64,000 nucleotides of DNA from an uncultured Chloroflexia bacterium (GTDB taxonomy: Bacteria; Chloroflexota; Chloroflexia; Thermomicrobiales; JALYUS01), in assembly GCA_963847195.1 (NCBI GenBank), contig CAWJZC010000003.1, positions 55,968 to 119,967 on the forward strand, read 5' to 3'. Positions within the stretch are counted from its first letter, which is position 1; each line of letters begins with the position of its first letter. The notes under the pieces are model-generated. The model was not told the DNA's origin, did no database searches, and was given only the letters and a program-made list of their open reading frames with translations. The position numbers and the translations under genes are program-made. This document shows, one piece after another, positions 1-8,130 of this stretch.

Positions 1-634
1 CTGATGCTCGCCACGCTGCTGCGGCTGAAGCAGATTTGCAACCACCCCGCCCATTTCCTGCAAGACGGCAGCGCCTTCACCGCCGAGCGCTCCCACAAAC
101 TGAGCCGCCTCGCCGAGATGATCGAGGAAGTCGTTGAGAGCGGCGAGAGCGCGCTCGTCTTCAGCCAGTTCACCGAGATCGGCGAGGCGTTGGAGCGATA
201 CGTGCAGCAGACGCTCCGCGCCAACACCTACTACCTGCACGGCGGGACGAGCGCCAAGCGGCGGGAGCAGATGATCGCGGAATTCCAGGACGCCGAGACG
301 GGGCCTTCCGTCTTCCTGCTCTCGCTGCGGGCGGGCGGCGTCGGCATCACGCTGACGAAGGCGAACCATGTCTTCCATTTCGACCGCTGGTGGAACCCGG
401 CCGTCGAGGATCAGGCGACCGACCGCGCCTTCCGCATCGGGCAGCGGAAGAATGTCTTCGTCCACAAGTTCGTCGCAATCGGCACGGTGGAGGAGCGGAT
501 CGACGCAGATGATCGAGGAGAAGAAGGGTCTGGCCGCCGCAATTGTCGGCGCGGACGAATCGTGGCTCACCGAACTCGACAACGACGCATTCAAGGAGTT
601 GATCGCGCTGCGTAAAAGCGCGGTACTGGAGTAG
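1..634 (+). pseudogene. SNF2-family helicase, C-terminal helicase domain (5' cut by window edge; one apparent frameshift near 505)
   Basis: ORF 4..615 reads LKQICNHP...ALVFSQFTE...[43 protein letters not shown] (SNF2 helicase motifs IV-VI). The conserved tail [15 protein letters not shown]...LRKSAVLE continues in the +1 frame (ORF 368..634) to TAG 632-634. Confidence 0.85.
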
Positions 635-639
635 GCGGG

Positions 640-1476
640 ATGGCGAATTTCAGTCGTACCTGGTGGGGGCAGCGATTCATCGTGGCATTGGAGGAGTTCA
701 CCGATCCGGGCCGCCTCGGGCGGGGCCGCTCCTACGCGACCAACGGGCGCATCCTCAAATACACCATCGTGGACGGTACGGTGACGGCGACGGTGCGCGG
801 CTCGGTCAACCCGTACTACGGCATCTACAAGGAGCCGCGCTACAGGACGACGATCTTCATCGCGCCGATCCGCCCGATCGAATGGACGAAGGCAATCGAC
901 CGCATCGCCGCGAACGCGGGCTTCGTCGCCAAACTACTGATGAACGAGATGCCGGATTCCATCGAAGAGTCTTTCCGCCCGCTCGGCCTCTCCCTGCTGC
1001 CGCGCGGCGAGCGCGATTTCGAGACGGACTGCTCCTGCCCGGACTACGCGAACCCGTGCAAGCACATCGCGGGCCTCTATTACGCGCTCGCCGCCGACCT
1101 GGACCGCGACCCCTTCCTGATGTTCGAACTGCGCGGACTCTCGCGGGAGAAGTTGCGGGAGGAACTCGCCCACTCGCCGCTCGGACAGATCCTTGCCGCC
1201 GAAATGGCGCCGCGAGAGGTCGCCATTACCCCGTCCGCCTCCTACTACACGCGGCCGGAGCGGGAGAGACCGGCCACAGCCGTCACGCACCGCGAGTTCT
1301 GGGCGGGCGCGCGGCGCCTCCCGCCGCCCGGCGACTTCGCGCCGCCAAGTGTCCCGGCGCTGCTCATCAAGAAGCAGGGCGACTACCCGCCCTTCTGGAA
1401 TAAGGACCGCTCCTTCATCGCCGTGATGGAAGACCTCTACGAGCGCGTCCGCACCAAAAACAGCCAAATGAAGTAG
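640..1476 (+). CDS. SWIM zinc-finger protein
   Basis: CxCx(n)CxH signature DCSCPDYANPCKHIAGLYYAL. ATG 640 lies 5 nt after the helicase stop, so the two genes look like a pair. Confidence 0.8.
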   Translation: MANFSRTWWGQRFIVALEEFTDPGRLGRGRSYATNGRILKYTIVDGTVTATVRGSVNPYYGIYKEPRYRTTIFIAPIRPIEWTKAIDRIAANAGFVAKLLMNEMPDSIEESFRPLGLSLLPRGERDFETDCSCPDYANPCKHIAGLYYALAADLDRDPFLMFELRGLSREKLREELAHSPLGQILAAEMAPREVAITPSASYYTRPERERPATAVTHREFWAGARRLPPPGDFAPPSVPALLIKKQGDYPPFWNKDRSFIAVMEDLYERVRTKNSQMK

Positions 1477-1484
1477 ACCGGATT

Positions 1485-1577
1485 TGAACCGCCGAGACGC
1501 CGAAGGCACCAAGAGGGGACGAGACAAACGGCCATTCTCTTCGCGTTTTCCTGGCGTCCCTGGCGTCTTGGCGGTTA
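1485..1577. repeat. Long imperfect palindrome, GAACC-terminated (variant of the CACAGAG element family)
   Basis: Arms TGAACCGCCGAGACGCCGAAGGCACCAAGAG (1485-1515) and CCTGGCGTCCCTGGCGTCTTGGCGGTTA (1550-1577). It fills the gap between the convergent SWIM and tenA stops. Confidence 0.8.
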
Positions 1578-1581
1578 TCAA

Positions 1582-2256
1582 TCAGACCGGCCAGGACTCG
1601 CGGGTCCAGGCCATCTGCCAGAAGAGCCATTCGTACCGGCTGCTCGTGCGGAAAATGTCCATCAGCCGCTCGCGACCCCGGTCGTCCAGGCGGGCCGCTT
1701 CGTCATCCACGACGGCGCGCAGCCAATCGCCGACCGAGCCGAAATCGGGGCTCGCGTAGGTGGCGAGCCAATCGCGGTAGGGGTGATCGGCGGCCGGGTC
1801 GCCTTGCGCCGTGAAATGGGCGCCGACGACGGCATAAATCCACGCGCAGGGAAGCGTCACCGTCACAACCTCCGCGAGCGAGCCCGTCGCGGCAATCGAG
1901 AGCATATGGCGGGTGTAGGCGTAGCTCGTCGGCGCCATCGGCACGGCGGCCATCTGCGCGATCGTCAGGCCAAAGCGCGCCGCGTACATCTCATGCAAGG
2001 CGCGCTCGACCCGCACCGTGTCCATCAGGAACTCGCCGAACTTGAGGATGCGGTCGCGGTCATCCGTCTTCGTCGCGGCGAAGGCGAAGGTCTTCGCCAA
2101 TTCGGTGAGGAAGCGCGCATCCTGCAAGATATAGAATTGGAAGGTCTCCTGCGGCAGCGTGCCATCCGCCAGCGCGACGACGAACGGGTGCGTCAACTGC
2201 GCCTCCCAGATCGCCGTACACTCCCGCCGCATCGTCTCCGTAAATGTTTCCGTCAT
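1582..2256 (-). CDS. tenA: Thiaminase II / aminopyrimidine aminohydrolase TenA
   Basis: TenA-like sequence MTETFTETMRRECTAIWEAQLTHPFVVALADGTLPQETFQFYILQDARFL. ATG at 2256 is preceded by AAAGGAG. The longer ORF to 2436 only reads through the upstream repeat. Confidence 0.85.
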   Translation of the reverse strand: MTETFTETMRRECTAIWEAQLTHPFVVALADGTLPQETFQFYILQDARFLTELAKTFAFAATKTDDRDRILKFGEFLMDTVRVERALHEMYAARFGLTIAQMAAVPMAPTSYAYTRHMLSIAATGSLAEVVTVTLPCAWIYAVVGAHFTAQGDPAADHPYRDWLATYASPDFGSVGDWLRAVVDDEAARLDDRGRERLMDIFRTSSRYEWLFWQMAWTRESWPV

Positions 2257-2269
2257 CTCACAACTCCTT

Positions 2270-3226
2270 TCAGCAATGCGAACCACAGAGACACAGAGAG
2301 CACAGAGTGGGAAACAGAGGAAAAGAGGGGGGCGATAGAGAACGTGTATGCGCCTTAGGGGGGTCTCCTTTGTCTCTTTTTCTCCGGGTTTCTCTGTGTC
2401 CTCTGTGCCTCTGCGGTTCATCCCCCGGTCGTACAAGGTGGTTGAGGGGGCCGTGGCCGTGGCCGATGCCGGGTGCGGCGGCGATGGCGGCGTGGGTATA
2501 CCGTTTCGCCGCCGCGAAAGCGTCCGGCACTGTCTGTCCTTTGGCGAGGCAGGCGGTCATCGCGGCGGAGAAGGTGCAGCCCGTGCCGTGCGTGTGCGGC
2601 GTGTCGATACGCGGCGTGGCGAGCGACTGGAAGGATGTGCCATCGTAGAGGAGATCGGTGACAGTCTCGCCGCCCATGTGACCACCTTTGATGACGACCC
2701 AGCGTGGGCCGAGCGCGTGGAGCCGTCGTGCCGCCTCCCGCATCTCCTCCATGGTGCGGATCGACCCGCCGACGAGCGTTTCCGCCTCGGGCACATTCGG
2801 CGTGATGACAAGCGTGAGCGGCAGCAGGTGCGCCCGCATGGCGTCCACGGCGTCCGCGGCGAGGAGGTGGTCGCCGCTCTTCGCCACCATCACCGGGTCG
2901 ACGACGAGCTGCGTCAGCCCGGCGTTGGCGATCATCGCCGCGACCGCCGCGACGACCTTGGCCGTGCCGAGCATCCCGGTCTTCAGGGCGTCCACGCCAA
3001 TGTCGCCCGCCACGCTCTCGAACTGCGTGGTGATGAAGGCGGGCGACAGCGTCTCGACCCCCTGCACGCCGACGGTGTTCTGCGCCGTCACCGCAGTCAG
3101 GACGCTCATGCCGTAGACGCCGAAAGCGGAAAAGGTCTTCAAGTCCGCCTGGATGCCCGCGCCGCCGCCGGAATCGGAGCCGGCGATGGTCAACGCTCGC
3201 GCGAGGCTGAAGCGCTGAGCGGTCAT
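2270..3226 (-). CDS. thiD: Hydroxymethylpyrimidine/phosphomethylpyrimidine kinase ThiD with a ~48-aa repeat-encoded C-terminal tail
   Basis: [32 protein letters not shown]...[15 protein letters not shown]...GHGHGPLNH is ThiD-like. After the usual end the frame stays open through repeat 2280-2419 to TGA 2270-2272. Confidence 0.85.
   Translation of the reverse strand: MTAQRFSLARALTIAGSDSGGGAGIQADLKTFSAFGVYGMSVLTAVTAQNTVGVQGVETLSPAFITTQFESVAGDIGVDALKTGMLGTAKVVAAVAAMIANAGLTQLVVDPVMVAKSGDHLLAADAVDAMRAHLLPLTLVITPNVPEAETLVGGSIRTMEEMREAARRLHALGPRWVVIKGGHMGGETVTDLLYDGTSFQSLATPRIDTPHTHGTGCTFSAAMTACLAKGQTVPDAFAAAKRYTHAAIAAAPGIGHGHGPLNHLVRPGDEPQRHRGHRETRRKRDKGDPPKAHTRSLSPPSFPLFPTLCSLCLCGSHC
2280..2419. 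repeat. CACAGAG-type long palindromic element (copy 1)
   Basis: Left arm GAACCACAGAGACACAGAGAGCACAGAG (2280-2307). Right arm CTCTGTGTCCTCTGTGCCTCTGCGGTTC (2392-2419). The purine-rich/pyrimidine-rich centre is also self-complementary. Confidence 0.9.
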
Positions 3227-3894
3227 CGTTGTGTACCGCCCGGGGAGGGCGGTTCGACGAACCGCCCCTACGGATTGGGCGAGGGCGCGGGTGGCGGCTT
3301 CTACATCCGCTGCGAGACCGATGGCGGAGATGACGGCGACGCCTGCCGCGCCCGCTGCGATCACCGCTCCGGCATTCTCGGCGGTGATGCCGCCGATACC
3401 GACGATGGGGATGGGGGCTGAACGCGGCGATCGTCGCGCACGAGCGTCAGGCCGAGGGGTGGCCCGGCGTCTACCTTCGTGTTGCGGGCCTCGTAGACGG
3501 GGCCGACGCCGAGATGATCCGCGCCCGCCGCGATCGCCGCCCGCGCCGCCTCGACACTGCCCGCCGACGCGCCGACGAACTCTGCGGCCCGACGAGTCGC
3601 CGCGTCGCTTCCACCGGCAGATCGTCCTCGCCGACATGCACGCCGTCCGCGTCCATCGCGAGGGCGATATCGACGCGGTCGTTGACGATGAAGGCGACGC
3701 CCGCCGCCCGCGCCAGGTCCTGCACCATGACCGCGTCCGCATAGAAGCGGCGGATATCGCTCGACTTGTCCCGCAGTTGCAGCACGGTCGCGCCGCCTCG
3801 GATCGCCGCCGTCCGCGACTTCGATGAGCGAGCGGCCCGCCGTGAAGTCGCGGTCGAGGACGACATAGACGGAGAGGTCGAGCGGGCGGTTCAT
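3227..3894 (-). pseudogene. thiE: Thiamine-phosphate synthase ThiE, frame broken about 4 times (near 3810, 3585, 3435, 3415); last segment in frame with thiD
   Basis: ThiE pieces appear in successive frames: [27 protein letters not shown] / [43 protein letters not shown] / [45 protein letters not shown] / ATIAAFS / [35 protein letters not shown] 3894 overlaps the upstream stop (ATGA). There is no stop before thiD ATG 3226. Confidence 0.8.
3240..3268. repeat. CCGGGGAGGGCGGTTCG-N-CGAACCGCCC palindrome (copy 1)
   Basis: GGGCGGTTCGACGAACCGCCC hairpin between the thiE and thiD coding parts. A near-identical copy lies at 8865-8891. Confidence 0.85.
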
Positions 3895-4960
3895 TGGCCC
3901 GTTACCTGCGCCATCGCCGCGCCAAAGGCATTCCAGAACGGATCGACGCGCGGATGGACGAGCGGGCGGTCCGTGCCGCCCTCGGTGACCGTCATGCCGC
4001 GGTCGGCGGGGAGCGTCTCGCCGACGATGCTGCCGACGATCTGCTTCTCCGCCAGCGCGCGCACGACGGCGTCCGCCTTCTCCGGGCGGCAGGTGAGCAG
4101 CAGTGTCCCCTCGCTGATCGCCGCGTACGGGTCCATCGCGAAGGCCTCGCAGACGGCGCGGGCCGCGTCCGCGACCGGGATCGCCGCGCGGTCGATGCGC
4201 ATGCCGACGCCCGCCGCCTGCGCGATCTCGTACAGCCCGCCCCAGACGCCGCACTCGGTCGCGTCGTGCATCGCGGTGACGCCGTTGCCGCGCACGCCGA
4301 CGCTGACGGCGGCCATCGCGTCCTCGACGACCGACATCTGCCAGAAGAGGTCCGCCGCACCCTGCGCCACCGCCCCGCCGCACTTCTCCTCGACGAGCGC
4401 GGGGAAGGAGACGCCGAAGAGCCCCGTCGCCTCGATCGCCGCGCCCTTCGTGACGATCACCGCATCGCCGACCTGCGCCATCGTCGGCACGATGTAGGCA
4501 TCCTCCGGCCCGACGCTCATCACCGTCGCGCCGCCGACCATCGGGTAGTCGCAGCCGTCGTAGCGCGCCGTGTGGCCGGCGACGATGGCGATGCCGAGCC
4601 GCTCGCACTCGCGGTGGATCGTCGTCCAGATCGCGTCCAGCCCCTCCATATCGAGGGAGAGCGGCAGGTTGAGGTCGATGGTCAGGTAGGTCGGGCTTGA
4701 GACCGGAGGTCGCGGCGTCCGAGGCGAGGATATGCAGGGCAAACCATGCCGCCCGCTCCCAGCCGTAGGCGGGGACGATGAAGACGGGGTCGGTCGTGAC
4801 CGCCATCACCTGCCCGCCGCCGATGGAAATGACGCCGACATCGACGCCGTTCTGCGGCGGGACGAGGACGCGGCGCATCGCGCGCGCCGAGATGCGGCAG
4901 GATGAGATGCTGGAAGATTTCCGGGGAGATTTTGCCGATATCGGGGAGTTTGACGGTCAT
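3891..4960 (-). pseudogene. AIR-synthase-related protein (PurM/HypE/ThiL superfamily), two apparent frameshifts (near 4880 and 4700)
   Basis: [26 protein letters not shown] / [59 protein letters not shown] / YLTIDLNLP...[28 protein letters not shown]... lie in three frames. SD GGAGGA precedes ATG 4960. This is the first gene after the TPP riboswitch. Confidence 0.7.
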
Positions 4961-5007
4961 CGCGCGTCCTCCAGACGGTGGGTGGGGAAGGCGCGATGGC
5001 GAAGACG

Positions 5008-5108
5008 ATTTGCTCTCCCACTTCCCTACGCCGGTGCGAACCGGATCAGGTGCGAAGGGTCTGCGGGTCTCCCCGCACTCTCAGCGCGCCAGCGCTCCCC
5101 CAGTGCTG
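5008..5108 (-). promoter_or_regulatory. TPP (THI-box) riboswitch
   Basis: The minus strand reads GCUGAGAGUGCGGGGAGACCCGCAGACCCUUCGCACCUGAUCCGGUUCGCACCGGCGUAGGGAAGUGGGAG. It has the CUGAGA box and the ACCUGAUCCGG...CCGGCGUAGGGA core, about 50 nt upstream of ATG 4960. Confidence 0.85.
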
Positions 5109-5214
5109 TTCAGTTGCCGGAGACTGTACGCGCGCGCGCCGCGTTCGTCAATCGCCGTGCTATCATCGCGGAGCATGGACATTTCCGCCGAAGTAGCACG
5201 AGGGGGAAGCCATC

Positions 5215-5537
5215 ATGTACGTCCTGCTGGTCCAGATCGATATTCTCCCGGAGCACCGCGATGCCTTTTCGCCGCCATGCGGCGGGCATGCCCGCCGGGC
5301 GCGCGAGAACGAACCCGGCACGATCCGCTTCGACGTGATCGCCGACGAGAACGAGCCGAACGCGCCTATATTACTACGAAGTCTACGCGGACAAAGCGGC
5401 CTTCGACGCCCATGGCGAAGGGCGAGAGCATCGCCATCTTCCGCGCGGAAACCCAGGGATGGTCCAACGGCACGACCGTCGTCAGGCGCGGCGAGACGCT
5501 GTTCCCGCCGGACGGCGGTCCATACTGGCAGAAGTGA
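5215..5537 (+). pseudogene. Antibiotic-biosynthesis-monooxygenase (ABM) domain protein, two apparent frameshifts (near 5362 and 5410)
   Basis: MYVLLVQIDILPEHRDAF..ENEPGTIRFDVIADENEPN / RLYYYEVYADKAAFDAH / AKGESIAIFRAETQGWSNG...GPYWQK lie in frames stepping +1 each time. SD AGGGGGAAG precedes ATG 5215. Confidence 0.65.
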
Positions 5538-5683
5538 GCGCGTGAATTCCTCTCATCCGTGCGATCGAGCGAATCCCGGCGACTGTGCGACAAGAACCGA
5601 TCGCGAAGGGCACTGTGCTCAAAGGCCCGTGCGCTCTCGGGTATAATGGACGCTGCGACGCTGAGCTACAGGAGGTACGCCAG

Positions 5684-6397
5684 ATGTGTGAGTTCCACAA
5701 CGATTTGCCGATGATCGCCGATGGCGAGGATCAGTTCATCCTCGATACGCCGGTGATGCGCGACTTCATCGCGGCGGTCGATGCCGCCCGCGCTTCCGCC
5801 CCCTCGGCGGCAGCGGCGATCGAGCAGATCCGGCCGCACTTCGCCGCTCTGCTCGCGGACCCCGATTGGCTGCCGCCGGAGTATCAGGAACCGGCGGCGC
5901 AGAGCGGCATGGGCAGCAACACCGGCATGTGGCTGCTCTATCGCGCGGGGGATGGCGGGCTCGCCTTCTCCGTCCTCGTCCTCGGGCCGGGCCGCGAGAC
6001 GCCCGTCCATGACCATCTCGCCTGGGGCCTCGTCGGCCTCTATCGCGGCGAGCAGGATGAGGTCGTCTATCAGCGGCGGGACGACGGCTCGCGCGATGCC
6101 TTCGCGGACCTCGCCGTCGCGGAGCACAATGCCCTGACGCCCGGCGATTTCTACACGCTCCTGCCGGAGAACGACATCCATCGCGTCCGCACGACCTCGG
6201 ATGTCACCTCCGTCTCGCTGCATCTGCTTGGCAACGACAACGGCTGCATCGCCCGGCGGCAGTACGTCCCCGATGAAAAGGTTGCCAAGCCCTTCCGCAG
6301 CGGCTACCTCAACATCAAATGTGCCGACGGCGAAGCCCGCGCCACCCCGAATTGGGACGAGGTCCACGAGTCCCTGGAACGCCTCGCGGCGGTGTGA
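5684..6397 (+). CDS. Cupin-fold protein, cysteine-dioxygenase type I-like
   Basis: GRETPVHDHLAWGLVGLYRGEQDE...NDIHRVRTTSDVTSVSLHLLG suggests a metal-binding cupin. ATG 5684 is preceded by GGAGG. TATAAT lies at 5642-5647. Confidence 0.6.
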   Translation: MCEFHNDLPMIADGEDQFILDTPVMRDFIAAVDAARASAPSAAAAIEQIRPHFAALLADPDWLPPEYQEPAAQSGMGSNTGMWLLYRAGDGGLAFSVLVLGPGRETPVHDHLAWGLVGLYRGEQDEVVYQRRDDGSRDAFADLAVAEHNALTPGDFYTLLPENDIHRVRTTSDVTSVSLHLLGNDNGCIARRQYVPDEKVAKPFRSGYLNIKCADGEARATPNWDEVHESLERLAAV

Positions 6398-6402
6398 CCG
6401 AG

Positions 6403-6458
6403 AAGTAACGAGTAACGAGGGGAATTCCGCATCCGCTCGTTACTCGTTACTCGCTACT
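6403..6458. repeat. Heptamer-armed hairpin (GAGTAAC / GTTACTC type)
   Basis: GTAACGAGTAACGAGG (6405-6420), loop GGAATTCCGCATCC, then GCTCGTTACTCGTTACTCGCTAC (6435-6457). A second hairpin follows: CCTCCGG..CCGGAGG (6460-6480). It sits between convergent genes. Confidence 0.85.
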
Positions 6459-6485
6459 GCCTCCGGACAGGGGCCGGAGGAGGCG

Positions 6486-7064
6486 TTACTGGACGGCGCG
6501 GCTGCCGAGTTCATGCAGCACGGGCGCCTCGCGCAAGGACGTGCGCTGCTCCTCGATGGTACGGGTTTCCTCGGTGAGAATGTTGCTAATATCTCGCCGC
6601 AGGACGTAGAAGCGGTCGCTCGTATCGTCCCGCACGGACTCGACGGCGCCCGCGTACATCCAGCGGTAGATCGTCGGCCGTGCGACGCCGAGTTGCTCCG
6701 CCGCCGCGCCGATGCTCATCAGTTCGGCGTGATCGACGCTGCGCCACTTCGCCTGCGAGAGCATCTTGCCGAGCGGCTCCGTCCAGAAGGGGTGCTGCAC
6801 CTCATACACATCCGCGCCGGCGGGCCAGAAGAGGAGATCGAGGATCGCCCGCACCGATTGGAAGACCTGATCGGCCGGTACCCGCTCCTCGCCCCGAGCG
6901 ATGCTGGCGAGGCGCTGCAGATCCTGCCCTAACGGGCCGGAGCGCAGTTGCTCCAGCGACACGGCATCCGGCACAGCGCCGGTCAAGTGCCGGTGGAAGC
7001 GATGCAACTGGCTGTGAATGAGCCGCAGCGTCTGATCAATGACGGGTTCGTAATCGATCGGCAT
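6486..7064 (-). CDS. Hypothetical protein with excisionase/MerR-like helix-turn-helix
   Basis: LMSIGAAAEQLGVARPTIYRWMYAG resembles an HTH_17-type motif. Clean ORF with ATG at 7064. Confidence 0.55.
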   Translation of the reverse strand: MPIDYEPVIDQTLRLIHSQLHRFHRHLTGAVPDAVSLEQLRSGPLGQDLQRLASIARGEERVPADQVFQSVRAILDLLFWPAGADVYEVQHPFWTEPLGKMLSQAKWRSVDHAELMSIGAAAEQLGVARPTIYRWMYAGAVESVRDDTSDRFYVLRRDISNILTEETRTIEEQRTSLREAPVLHELGSRAVQ

Positions 7065-7180
7065 GATATGTTCCTTCGTCTGATATGTGCCGCACCCGGC
7101 TGCCGTCGTATCAATACGGACACTTTGTACGTTACGTATTGTACGTTCGTCTGGTCGCTATGTCAAGTGGGCATCGGGCG

Positions 7181-7237
7181 GTAGCGAGCAGCGAGTTGCG
7201 AGGAAATGCGCGTTTCGCTCTCGCTACTCGCTACTAC
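7181..7237. repeat. Heptamer-armed hairpin (GTAGCGA / TCGCTAC type)
   Basis: GTAGCGAGCAGCGAGT (7181-7196) pairs with CGCTCTCGCTACTCGCTACTAC (7216-7237). The permease stop (CTA 7234-7236 on +) lies inside the right arm. Confidence 0.8.
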
Positions 7238-8082
7238 CTGCGATAGGGCAACAATCGTCGCTCGATTTCGTCCATGAGGAAGTTGAGCAGGACGCCGAGG
7301 AGGGCGGCGGCGATCAGGCCGGCGTACATCTGCTCGATGTCGAGGATTTGCCAGGAGAGCCAGATGCGCGTGCCAATGCCGTAGCCGCCGGGGATGACGA
7401 ATTCGCTGCCGACCGCGACGATCAGCGAGAAGCCGAGCGCCAGCCGCGCGCCCGTCAGCACGAGCGGCAGCGCGCCGGGCAGGGCGACGGTGCGGATCAC
7501 TTGCCAGCGGCTCGCGCGGAAAGAATGCGCCACATCGAGGTGTAGCCGGTCAATCGCCATCACGCCCGCCATCGCGTTCAGGAGGACGAAGAAGAAGCTG
7601 CTCGCGACGATCATCGCGATCTTGCTTTGCTCCCCGAGACCGAAGATGACGAGGAAGAGCGGCAGGATGGCGATTTTCGGGATGGCGTAAATGAGCGACG
7701 TGATCGGCAGCAGCACGGCGCGCAGCGTGCCGGAGAGCCCCATCAAGAGCCCGACGGCGGCAGCCGGGAAGAAGCCGAGCAGGAAGCCGACCGCCACCCG
7801 CCGCGTCGTAGCGAGCACGTCGAGCGGGAGTTCACCGGAGAGCGTCAGCCGTTTCAACGCGCCGAGGATCGCCGTCGGCGGCGGGAAGAACGTCGCATTG
7901 AGAAGCCCGGAGCGCGACGCGATCTCCCAGAGAACGAGCAGGAAAAGGGGAGAGAGGAAGGCGAGCAGCCGCTCCCGACGAGGACTGAGGACTGAGGACT
8001 GAGGACTGAGAATATCACGTCCCGTTCGCTGCATTTGCGAGGATGCCGACATTGAGTTGTCTATGATCTGCTGATCGTTCAT
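7234..8082 (-). CDS. ABC transporter permease, NitT/TauT (nitrate/sulfonate/taurine) family
   Basis: A multi-TM sequence with the binding-protein-dependent transport signature region IAMIVASSFFFVLLNAMAGVMAID...RASRWQVIRTVALPGALP. SD GGGAGAAGG precedes ATG 8082. Confidence 0.8.
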   Translation of the reverse strand: MNDQQIIDNSMSASSQMQRTGRDILSPQSSVLSPRRERLLAFLSPLFLLVLWEIASRSGLLNATFFPPPTAILGALKRLTLSGELPLDVLATTRRVAVGFLLGFFPAAAVGLLMGLSGTLRAVLLPITSLIYAIPKIAILPLFLVIFGLGEQSKIAMIVASSFFFVLLNAMAGVMAIDRLHLDVAHSFRASRWQVIRTVALPGALPLVLTGARLALGFSLIVAVGSEFVIPGGYGIGTRIWLSWQILDIEQMYAGLIAAALLGVLLNFLMDEIERRLLPYRR

Positions 8083-8130
8083 GAGCGACAGCCTTCTCCC
8101 GGCACGCAGTCCTCAGTCATCAGTTCTCAG
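7981..8130. repeat. Inverted heptamer arrays (AGGACTG)x4 and CAGTCCTCAGTCATCAGTTCTCAG bracketing the ATPase stop and the permease SD/start
   Basis: Arms lie at 7981-8010 and 8107-8130. The loop contains ATPase stop 8113-8115, the SD and ATG 8082. Confidence 0.85.

Noticed and set aside
1478-1492. GGATTTGAACC string resembling the reverse complement of a tRNA T-arm
   Set aside because: The flanking sequence cannot form acceptor or anticodon stems. The string is the terminus of the GAACC-type palindromic repeat.
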